Below are positions 18,955 through 26,404 of a DNA stretch of 64,000 nucleotides, in pieces. The stretch is from the NCBI GenBank assembly GCA_001303025.1, contig LJNK01000001.1, forward strand, positions 41 to 64,040. Direction: 5' to 3'. The notes beneath the pieces were generated by a model. The model was not told where the DNA came from. It did no database searches and saw nothing but the letters and a program-made list of their open reading frames with translations. This stretch comes from Deltaproteobacteria bacterium SG8_13 (GTDB lineage: Bacteria; Desulfobacterota; Desulfobacteria; Desulfobacterales; SG8-13). How positions within the stretch are numbered: the first letter of the stretch is position 1; each line of letters opens with the position of its first letter. Made by a program: the position numbers and the translations under genes.

Positions 18955-19317
18955 TCAACCTGCACGATGATGGACCAGCATCGACAAAAGCAGCTGCAGC
19001 CCCCCGGTCCATGCGAAAAGAACCAGGTAATAAAACGATCCCAGCATGTCCCGTACGTCTCTATCGCTGCGCCCTTCCAAGCCTTCGGCGCCCGCGGATC
19101 TGCTGAACTGCACTTCGAAACTGCCCCGCGAGGCAAACGAACCGAGCATGGAGAGACAGCCGGTAAGGATGCAGGCCAAACCGCTCCAGCCCAGGGCCCG
19201 CACGAAATAAGCGACAGTGAGTTCGCCTCTGGCAAGCCCGACGGCTGCAATCATCGCAACGGTGCAAAGAACCAGCAGCGAACTTTTCAACTGAAATCGA
19301 AGGAATGAGCCCACCAT
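18955..19317 (-). CDS. Small predicted 3-TM membrane protein (120 aa), unknown function
   Basis: This is the internal ATG of track ORF 18955..19479, whose upstream part overlaps the SIR2-like gene. There are three hydrophobic stretches: LLVLCTVAMIAAVGLA, WSGLACILTGCLSMLGSF and FYYLVLFAWTGGLQLLLSMLV. The SD is weak, so the start and even the coding status are uncertain. Confidence 0.45.
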   Translation of the reverse strand: MVGSFLRFQLKSSLLVLCTVAMIAAVGLARGELTVAYFVRALGWSGLACILTGCLSMLGSFASRGSFEVQFSRSAGAEGLEGRSDRDVRDMLGSFYYLVLFAWTGGLQLLLSMLVHHRAG

Positions 19318-19384
19318 AACCGGTTTGCTTTCGGCGTGGCTGGATAAAAGTCCTGAACCTGGCGGGATGGCGATTCGGCTCTTT

Positions 19385-20536
19385 TTACGGTTCGGCCAGC
19401 AGCGGTCGTATGCTGTTTTCATCTGCCACCAGGTCCTCAAAAGAGCAGTGGATGAACTCCACATTGTTCGACAGGGCATGATACTGCTGTCGCAGGTTGG
19501 CCGAGCGTTTGGGATTCACCACAACAATGCGGGTGTTTTCCTTCAGGTGCTTTTTGAACAGGGCCTTGATGTGCACATCGGTATCCGAGAGGGAGTAGCC
19601 GATGAACACGATTTTGCGGCACATCCGTATCTCCCGGGAAGCTTCTCCAAGCAGCTGTGTTACGATCGGGTTATTCAGTGATTTGATGTACGAAGGCGGC
19701 ATGATCAGGGTTTGAAACTCGGTCCGGTCGATGGGGCAGTAATAGTCGTATTGTTTTTCGTCGGGAAACGTGTGGCCGATCAGTTTTCCGCGGTTCAGAT
19801 CGATTTTTCGGTCCCACGGGGTCAGCAGGGTGTGGTTGCAGCAGTTGCAGTATTTCCAGTTCAGGCTGCCGTGCAGCTTGATGATTTTTATGGGGACCGG
19901 GTCCTCTCCCGGCTGGACCGAAATCGGCTCGCGGGGGTTGACCCAGAAGTTGAAGTCCATGAGTTCGATGAGCTTTTCGTAGTTCATCAGGTGGATGCTG
20001 TAGTCGATGTAGCCGTATTTACGAAACAAAAAATCGAAAGCCTGCTCCAGAAGCGTGTCGTAGTTCAAGGTGATAATGGAGATGTTGCGGTTATAGCGGG
20101 CAACGGCATCCCAGAAAAGATGGTAGGTTTTGCTTCGCTTGTCCGTGCGCAGGTTTACGATATAGTGAATGATTTTGATGAAATTTTCCTTGATTTCCCG
20201 GATCGTTTCGTAGCTGTATTTCGAACTCAGGCTCTCGTTTTGCTGGATGAAATAGTCCAGAAATCCGAAAATAGCCTCCAGCTTGGGGAGATGGCCGGCA
20301 TCGGGATCGACGGAAAAGTTGTCGAAGATAAATTCCCTGACCTGCTGGCCGATGGCAGAAGAGCTGATTTCCGCTACTTGTTCGGAAATGATTATCGGCA
20401 GGATATCGTGCTGCAGGGGAACCCCGTCGGGGTGCGAGGAACCCGCGCCCAGCACAAACAGCACGTCGCGGACCGGCGCGTACCGCAGGTATTTTTCCGA
20501 TGATTGCGATGGCTGATTCGGGGCTGAGCTGCTCAT
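19385..20536 (-). CDS. SIR2_2-type (SIR2-like, NAD-utilising) domain protein, 383 aa, with no additional domain
   Basis: Motifs present are FVLGAGSS, ITLNYDTLLEQAF, KLHGSLNW and VFIGYSLSDTDV, plus a Cys cluster CNCCNH...YYCP. The ATG at 20536 overlaps the symporter stop (ATGA). The 254 N-terminal residues of track ORF 19385..21298 are an out-of-frame overlap with the symporter. Confidence 0.8.
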   Translation of the reverse strand: MSSSAPNQPSQSSEKYLRYAPVRDVLFVLGAGSSHPDGVPLQHDILPIIISEQVAEISSSAIGQQVREFIFDNFSVDPDAGHLPKLEAIFGFLDYFIQQNESLSSKYSYETIREIKENFIKIIHYIVNLRTDKRSKTYHLFWDAVARYNRNISIITLNYDTLLEQAFDFLFRKYGYIDYSIHLMNYEKLIELMDFNFWVNPREPISVQPGEDPVPIKIIKLHGSLNWKYCNCCNHTLLTPWDRKIDLNRGKLIGHTFPDEKQYDYYCPIDRTEFQTLIMPPSYIKSLNNPIVTQLLGEASREIRMCRKIVFIGYSLSDTDVHIKALFKKHLKENTRIVVVNPKRSANLRQQYHALSNNVEFIHCSFEDLVADENSIRPLLAEP

Positions 20537-22029
20537 ATGAACCGGTATTTCTGCAAGTTTTTTTCCAGGTAGCCGATAAATTCCTCCGCTTTTTCTGCCG
20601 GGGCCTGCGTGAAGAGGCTGATGGCGATGTAAAGCAGAATGCCGGCCGCCAGTCCCCACACACCGGGCCAGACGCCCAGCGGTTTGGTTCCGGTCAGCTG
20701 AAGGATCAGAACCACGATCGATCCGCCCAGCATGCTGCCAAGGGCGCCCGCCGCAGTGGCCCTTCTCCAGAAAAAGGCGCCGACGATGGCCGGCACGGCC
20801 ATCAGCAAGCCGGCTGAAGCGGCCGAGGCCAGCGGGGCGATCATAAACGCCAGCCCCGATTTTCCGGCCGCCCAATAGGCGAAGACGAAAAACACCACCG
20901 CCAGAATCGGGATGATCAGCTTGCCAAGCCGCAGTTCCGACGCCTCGGTCATACCGGCGGCGAAACCGGCCTTGAGAATATCTCGCGCGGCCATGGATGA
21001 AAGGCTCAGCAGAATGGAGTCGATGGTCGATATGGCCGCCGAGAGGATGCCGACCATCACGATGACCGCGATCAGCCTGGGTATGATCGGAAGGGCCAGC
21101 AGGGCCGGTGTGGCCAGGTCGGCCGATTGCAGATCGGGAATCAGCAAGCGGGCGCCAAAGCCCCAGAAAACAGACACCAGCGTGTAGAGAAATCCGAATA
21201 CGAGAAACCCGCCGATCATCTGCTTGAACGCCTTGACGGATTGGGGAACGAACAGGCGCTGGGTGACCTGGGGGTTGGAGATGGAGAAAAAGAGCCACGG
21301 CAGTGCCAGGCCCACGAAAACATTGAATTTAAACAAACCCGGGCCGGAGAGCAGCTCGGGGATGTCGCGGTTCATCCGGGCAAAGAATTCGGCAAATCCA
21401 CCGAAACCGCGGTACACCATGAAACACAGGGTGATGACCGAACTCACCAGCATGATTACCGCTTGCAGGGCATCGGTCCAGGCGACCGAACGCAAACCGG
21501 CCATGTTCGACCAGATCACCGCCAGTACGGTGGCAAGGATCATGGCCGCCACCAGGCCGACGCTCCCCTGGGAAACACCGGCAAGCAGATACCCGATGCC
21601 CATGAGCTGAATGGCAGCATAAGGAATCAGAAATACCAGGCAGAGCAGGGCAGAGATGATGCCGACGGCGCGGGACTGGTAGCGGTCGGCCAGAAGCTGG
21701 GCGTGGGTCAGGTAGTCGAATCTGCGGCCCACGAGCCAGAACCGCGGTCCGAAAAAAACGACCAGCGCCAGCCCGCACAGATAGGTGACCTCAAAACCGA
21801 AAGCCCCCACCCCGAGCTTGTAGGTGAGTCCGGCCAGCCCCACCATCATAAAGGCGCTGTAGGTCGTGGCGGCATAACTGAGCGCTGAAACGATCCCGCC
21901 CAGCTGGCGGTTGGCCAGGAAAAACTCGTTCATGCCGGCGCCCATTTGTTGACGGGCAACCGCCGCTACCGCTATGCCCAGTGCAGCGTATATCGCCAGA
22001 ATCATCCAGGGATAAAAGGTCTCACCCAA
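20533..22029 (-). CDS. Sodium:solute symporter (SSS) family transporter
   Basis: The 498-aa polytopic protein has a PutP/PanF-like N-terminal pattern (FFLANRQLGGIVSALSYAATTYSAFMMVG). The substrate cannot be determined from the sequence. Confidence 0.9.
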   Translation of the reverse strand: MGETFYPWMILAIYAALGIAVAAVARQQMGAGMNEFFLANRQLGGIVSALSYAATTYSAFMMVGLAGLTYKLGVGAFGFEVTYLCGLALVVFFGPRFWLVGRRFDYLTHAQLLADRYQSRAVGIISALLCLVFLIPYAAIQLMGIGYLLAGVSQGSVGLVAAMILATVLAVIWSNMAGLRSVAWTDALQAVIMLVSSVITLCFMVYRGFGGFAEFFARMNRDIPELLSGPGLFKFNVFVGLALPWLFFSISNPQVTQRLFVPQSVKAFKQMIGGFLVFGFLYTLVSVFWGFGARLLIPDLQSADLATPALLALPIIPRLIAVIVMVGILSAAISTIDSILLSLSSMAARDILKAGFAAGMTEASELRLGKLIIPILAVVFFVFAYWAAGKSGLAFMIAPLASAASAGLLMAVPAIVGAFFWRRATAAGALGSMLGGSIVVLILQLTGTKPLGVWPGVWGLAAGILLYIAISLFTQAPAEKAEEFIGYLEKNLQKYRFI

Positions 22030-22041
22030 GGCAACATCCTC

Positions 22042-22245
22042 TCATCCTTCATCTGCGGTGGGGGCGTCCCGCCACCGGAGGAAAATAACGAACATGCTGC
22101 CGATGGCCAGCAGCGTCCAGCAGGTCCAGAAGAGAAAACTGCCTTTTGCGTGCGGGATGCCCGCGAGCAGGAAAAACGGAAACAGCACGTCGATCAGCAG
22201 TAGAAAACCAAACCAGATCAACCAGAAACGTAGGGTATTGCTCAT
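22042..22245 (-). CDS. Small 2-TM protein, DUF3311-like accessory subunit of SSS transporters
   Basis: The ATG at 22245 gives MSNTLRFWLIWFGFLLLIDVLFPFFLL...WTLLAIGSMFVIFLRW. The product is 67 aa and ends 12 nt before the symporter start, which is the typical arrangement. The family call is tentative. Confidence 0.6.
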   Translation of the reverse strand: MSNTLRFWLIWFGFLLLIDVLFPFFLLAGIPHAKGSFLFWTCWTLLAIGSMFVIFLRWRDAPTADEG

Positions 22246-22348
22246 GTCAGCCGTTCTTTCCAAATCCGAGATGATTGCCCGTCCACCGGATCGCATGCCG
22301 CCGGTGGGCCAGGGCTTTTTTCGATGCAAGGCGCACGTGCGGCTGCAG

Positions 22349-22906
22349 CTATTGCTTCAAGGGAGCCGCCATCACCAGCGTCCAATAGGTCCCGTAGCGC
22401 GACGCAGTGTTCTGCGCGCATGCAGCGCCGATTTCGGTAAAGGCCGGTTCCATGATGTTGGCACAGTGGCCGGGGCTTTTTAGCCAACCGGATACCACCG
22501 ATTCGCAGGAGTCGAGACCGCCGGCCACGTTTTCCCCAACGGCCCGCCAGGTGTATCCGGCCCGACCGACCCGTTTTTCCACCGTCGACTTTCCCGTACC
22601 CTTATGACCCAGACGGTTGCGGTCGGCCATATCGATTGAATGACTGCGGGCTGCCGTGGCCAGCGCGGGATTCCATCGGACTGCTGCGGCGGGTCGAAAC
22701 CGCTTTGCTCCACACCTGCCTCCCGAGGCACGGGCGCGATTGATCAGTTTTACCATCTGTTTTTCCATACGGGCTGCAGATGTACACTGGGCGTACGGTC
22801 TTTTCGGTACCACCACCGTTTTCTTTTCCGGCGGGGCGCAACCGCCCGCGAGAAAAATGACAAGGGCTGTGGTCACAATTGCCAATCGGTGTCTGCGGGG
22901 GCTCAT
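22349..22906 (-). CDS. CAP/SCP-domain (YkwD-like) lipoprotein
   Basis: The ATG at 22906 gives MSPRRHRLAIVTTALVIFLAGGC, a signal peptide with a lipobox. CAP motifs are HSIDMADRNRLGH, GENVAGG and WLKSPGHCANIM. Its start overlaps the Rrf2 stop (ATGA). Confidence 0.75.
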   Translation of the reverse strand: MSPRRHRLAIVTTALVIFLAGGCAPPEKKTVVVPKRPYAQCTSAARMEKQMVKLINRARASGGRCGAKRFRPAAAVRWNPALATAARSHSIDMADRNRLGHKGTGKSTVEKRVGRAGYTWRAVGENVAGGLDSCESVVSGWLKSPGHCANIMEPAFTEIGAACAQNTASRYGTYWTLVMAAPLKQ

Positions 22907-23331
22907 TTGGCGTCTTCCCGCATCTCGCACTCCATCTTCATCAGATCGGAAATGGTGATCTGCGAGAGCCTCCGGTACATCGCCTTCGTGGCCTCGTGCC
23001 ATACAAAGCGCGTTGCGCAATCATCGGATCGCTGGCAGCTGTCCGGATCGACGGTGCAAGCTGTTAATTCAATTCCTCCTTCAAGCACGGAAACGATGTC
23101 GCCGACCGAAATTTCTTCGGGCGATCTTGCCAGGTAGTGGCCTCCTTTGGGTCCCCGGACACTCATTACATAGTCGGCCTGCTTGAGCGGTCGCACCAAA
23201 TGCTCCAGGTATTTCATGGAGATGTTCTGCCGTCGGGCGATGTCGCTGAGCCGGATCGGTCCCTGGTCGTAATGCTGGGCCATGTCCAGCACCAACCGGG
23301 TTCCGTATCTGCTGCGAGTCGAAAGTTTCAT
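22903..23331 (-). CDS. Rrf2-family transcriptional regulator (IscR-like; Cys-containing C-terminal half)
   Basis: MKLSTRSRYGTRLVLDMAQHYDQGPIRLSDIARRQNISMKYLEHLVRPLKQADYV is a canonical Rrf2 wHTH. Cysteines in TACTVDPDSCQRSDDC are possible cluster ligands. Confidence 0.9.
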   Translation of the reverse strand: MKLSTRSRYGTRLVLDMAQHYDQGPIRLSDIARRQNISMKYLEHLVRPLKQADYVMSVRGPKGGHYLARSPEEISVGDIVSVLEGGIELTACTVDPDSCQRSDDCATRFVWHEATKAMYRRLSQITISDLMKMECEMREDAK

Positions 23332-23452
23332 GGCATTTCTCCGCTATCGGTTGAATCCTGTTGCCGGGCCGTGTTTTGTGTCGGGGCCTCTTGATCGATA
23401 TGCGAATCACGCGAATCCGTCAAGTCCCGTCGGTCGACTGCCCGTCTGATCA

Positions 23453-24529
23453 CTACACGTAGGATATCGGGGCCATCTGCTTTTGGCGGCGGATGGCCTC
23501 CAGCAGGCCGACCGTTCCGGTCATCATGTTGTCTCCGAAAGGAGCGCCAAAGGAGATCGGCAACTGCGTATCCTCCAAGAGTCGTCGTTTGGGTCCCGTG
23601 GCGATGATGGCTTCGGTGGACCCGAATCCGAAGGCCCTGCGAATGTAAGCTCCGTGCCCCCCTTCGGCCAGGACCTGCTCATGGCTCAGCTTGCCGTCTG
23701 TCAGTTCCCGCAGCAGGGATTCGAGCCGGCTCAAAGAGATGTCTCTGGTGTGGTACTCGAAAAAGCCGCAGATCTCGCCTTTTTCAAGGGCCGCGCATAC
23801 CGTGTGGGAAGTTGCGATATCAAGCACCACGATGCGCTCGCAACGGCGGGCCTGCATGTCGAGAGAGGCCCCGAGGATCGCCGCCATCCCGCTGTCCATT
23901 ACAAAAACTTCGGAGGTCGGCAAGCGCTCTGCGCTTCGCGCAATTGTCGTCAGCCGATTCATGGTGGCTGGCACCTGGCTGCTGGAAAACAAAACGGCGT
24001 GAGGGTAGGGCGCATCGTCCAGCTTGTCGCGAAACAACCGGTGGCGGTAGTCAAGGTGGGAGACCCCTGCCGGCGGAACCCCATGGTCCTGGGCGCAGAC
24101 ACCGACCACGTCGAATGCGAAGGCGACGCCAAAACTTTTCACCATCTGCTCGATGCGTCCGGCATCGATGTCCGTGACCACCAGTGATGAGTAACCGGGC
24201 TGCTGCAGTCGGTTTTCCGCCTCGGCGTCCGATACAATCTCGATGTTCCAGCTGCGCACGACATCCGGGTTGTGGTGCAGGGTGGCAGCCGATGAAGCCG
24301 ACATGATCACTGCGGACTGTCGGGCCCTTTCCCGCAGGGCATCGGTGACGGGGCCGCCGCCCATTTCGCCGCCGGTGACCACCAGGTTGCCGGGGAGAGC
24401 ATCGATTTTTTCCGCCACCGTTCTCACCGGGGACCGGACAACGGCCTTGTAGTGCAGGTCTTGCGCGCTGTCGTGGTAGAGTACATCCAGCGTTCCGGCA
24501 CCGATGTCGAGCAATAGAATTCGGCTCAT
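23453..24529 (-). CDS. ASKHA (actin-like ATPase) superfamily protein, DUF1786-like
   Basis: The N-terminal ILLLDIGAGTLDVLY resembles a phosphate-1 motif, and there is a second VVLDIATSHT block. Length and pattern resemble DUF1786. The call is tentative. Confidence 0.55.
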   Translation of the reverse strand: MSRILLLDIGAGTLDVLYHDSAQDLHYKAVVRSPVRTVAEKIDALPGNLVVTGGEMGGGPVTDALRERARQSAVIMSASSAATLHHNPDVVRSWNIEIVSDAEAENRLQQPGYSSLVVTDIDAGRIEQMVKSFGVAFAFDVVGVCAQDHGVPPAGVSHLDYRHRLFRDKLDDAPYPHAVLFSSSQVPATMNRLTTIARSAERLPTSEVFVMDSGMAAILGASLDMQARRCERIVVLDIATSHTVCAALEKGEICGFFEYHTRDISLSRLESLLRELTDGKLSHEQVLAEGGHGAYIRRAFGFGSTEAIIATGPKRRLLEDTQLPISFGAPFGDNMMTGTVGLLEAIRRQKQMAPISYV

Positions 24530-24604
24530 TGCGGCATTTCTCCCACTGTAATCATTCCGAAGATCGACCCGGGTGGCCCGCGTCTTTGTGAAGTGCCGGC
24601 AGGC

Positions 24605-26182
24605 TTACACCGCTACCGCTTCCCCCTGTTGGGGTACGACAGCTGAAATTCCCTCTTTGCGGAGCGTGTCCGCAAATGCTTGCGCCTGCTCTTTTTCACC
24701 GTGAACCACGGCGACCTTATTGATTCGTACGTTCGATCCTTTGACAAACCGGACCAGTTCGCTGCGGTCGCCATGGGCGCTGAACCCACCGATGCTGACC
24801 ACGTGCGCTTTGAGCGGGTACTCCTTGTTTAGAAATTTCAGGTACGGTGCGGCGCCGCTGCGGCCGTTCTTCTCGTATTCAATGCCCTTTTCGAGAATCC
24901 GTCTGCCCAGGGTGTTTTCGGCCATGAAACCGACGATCAGGATGGTGTTGCGGGGGTCGTGGATTCGATGACGCAAGTGGTGCAGAACACGGCCGGCTTC
25001 ACACATTCCCGAGGCGGCCAGGACGATATGCGGTTTTTTGCTGCGATTCAGGGCGATGGATTCCTCCACCGAACTCACGAACCGGAGCTTGTCAAAGGCA
25101 AACGGGTTTTTGCCGCTTTGAAGAAACGTCTCCTGCGTATCGGTATCGTAGACTTCCGGGTGTTCGCCAAACACGTGGGTAAGATTGCTGGCCAGCGGAC
25201 TGTCCACGTAAACCGGCAATTTGGGGATCTGTCTGTCGTCATACAGCTCATGCAGCACGTAGAGCAGCTCCTGCGTGCGCCCGAATGCAAAGGACGGAAT
25301 CAGCACACATCCACCGCGCTGGACCGCGTCGATGAGCACCTCGCGCAGACGCGGCTTGAGATCGACCACCGGCTCGTGGTCGCGGTTTCCGTATGTGCTT
25401 TCCATGATCAGCAGGTCCACTTGTCGATGTGCTTCTTCGAATTCAAGGGTCGGGTCGCGCAGGATCGGTTTGTCGAAACGACCGATATCTCCGGTGTAAC
25501 AAACCGTTTTCATTTGTCCGTTTTCCCGAACCCGCAGCATGCTTACAGCCGAGCCGAGGATGTGACCGGCATCGTACAGGCACCCTTCAGCGTCCCGTCC
25601 GACCGTTACCGTGTATCGGTATGGGAAACCGTCAAAATGCGTCAATGCCTGCTGGGCATCGGCGGTATTGTATAGCGGCTCGATGCGGTGGAGCTGCAGC
25701 CGATCGATCAGATTATCAATGGTATCGGTGTCGAGGTGATGGCGGTTCTTTTTCAGCAGCTTTTTAACCGCCGTCATTTGCCCCCCTCCACCGAATTTTT
25801 TCCGTGCCGAGGGTTTCATCTGGGAAAAAGTGGACCGCAGCGTCTTGTAGTTCAGATAGGCCGCGTCCGACTCCTGGATATTTGCCGAATCGAGCAGCAG
25901 ATATTTGCAGGCGGCTGCCGTGGGACGGGTGCAAAATACCCGGCCGGCAAAGCCGTTTTTCACCAACAGGGGGATGCGACCTGAATGATCGATGTGGGCG
26001 TGAGAGAGGATAACGTTGGTGACGATTTTCGGATCGAAGGGCAGGATCCGATTCTTGGCTTCACTCTCCCTGCGGCGTCCCTGGAACATGCCGCAATCGA
26101 ATAGAATCCGGTCAGTGTCGGTGGTCAGCAGGTGCATTGAACCGGTTACCTCCCGGGCGGCACCGTAGAAAGTTACATGCAT
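24605..26182 (-). CDS. MBL-fold beta-CASP ribonuclease (RNase J / CPSF-like)
   Basis: Supporting stretches are MHVTFYGAAREVTGS, ILSHAHIDHSGRIPLL (HxHxDH) and a beta-CASP region ending in the C-terminal GFSAHGD. Confidence 0.85.
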   Translation of the reverse strand: MHVTFYGAAREVTGSMHLLTTDTDRILFDCGMFQGRRRESEAKNRILPFDPKIVTNVILSHAHIDHSGRIPLLVKNGFAGRVFCTRPTAAACKYLLLDSANIQESDAAYLNYKTLRSTFSQMKPSARKKFGGGGQMTAVKKLLKKNRHHLDTDTIDNLIDRLQLHRIEPLYNTADAQQALTHFDGFPYRYTVTVGRDAEGCLYDAGHILGSAVSMLRVRENGQMKTVCYTGDIGRFDKPILRDPTLEFEEAHRQVDLLIMESTYGNRDHEPVVDLKPRLREVLIDAVQRGGCVLIPSFAFGRTQELLYVLHELYDDRQIPKLPVYVDSPLASNLTHVFGEHPEVYDTDTQETFLQSGKNPFAFDKLRFVSSVEESIALNRSKKPHIVLAASGMCEAGRVLHHLRHRIHDPRNTILIVGFMAENTLGRRILEKGIEYEKNGRSGAAPYLKFLNKEYPLKAHVVSIGGFSAHGDRSELVRFVKGSNVRINKVAVVHGEKEQAQAFADTLRKEGISAVVPQQGEAVAV

Positions 26183-26404
26183 ATGACACCATCCTCAAAG
26201 AAGAGCGCGCGGGCAGTGCCGGCTGGGTGAGCAGCGAGGGCCGAGCCGCAGATACCACGAAATATCCGGACGTAATCGACGACCGTCGGCGGGCCGGGTC
26301 AACGGGTTGGGATTATACACGGAATACGCCGGCTTGCAAAGGCGGCTTGATTGTCCTGACAAAATTCAGTAAAATAATAGTCTCGAATAAAAGGAGATAT
26401 TGCC

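Noticed and set aside
19385-21298. Track ORF of 637 aa suggesting a large SIR2 fusion protein
   Set aside because: The N-terminal 254 aa are Arg/Gly/Pro-rich nonsense that overlaps the SSS symporter in another frame. The real gene starts at the ATG at 20536, which overlaps the symporter stop.
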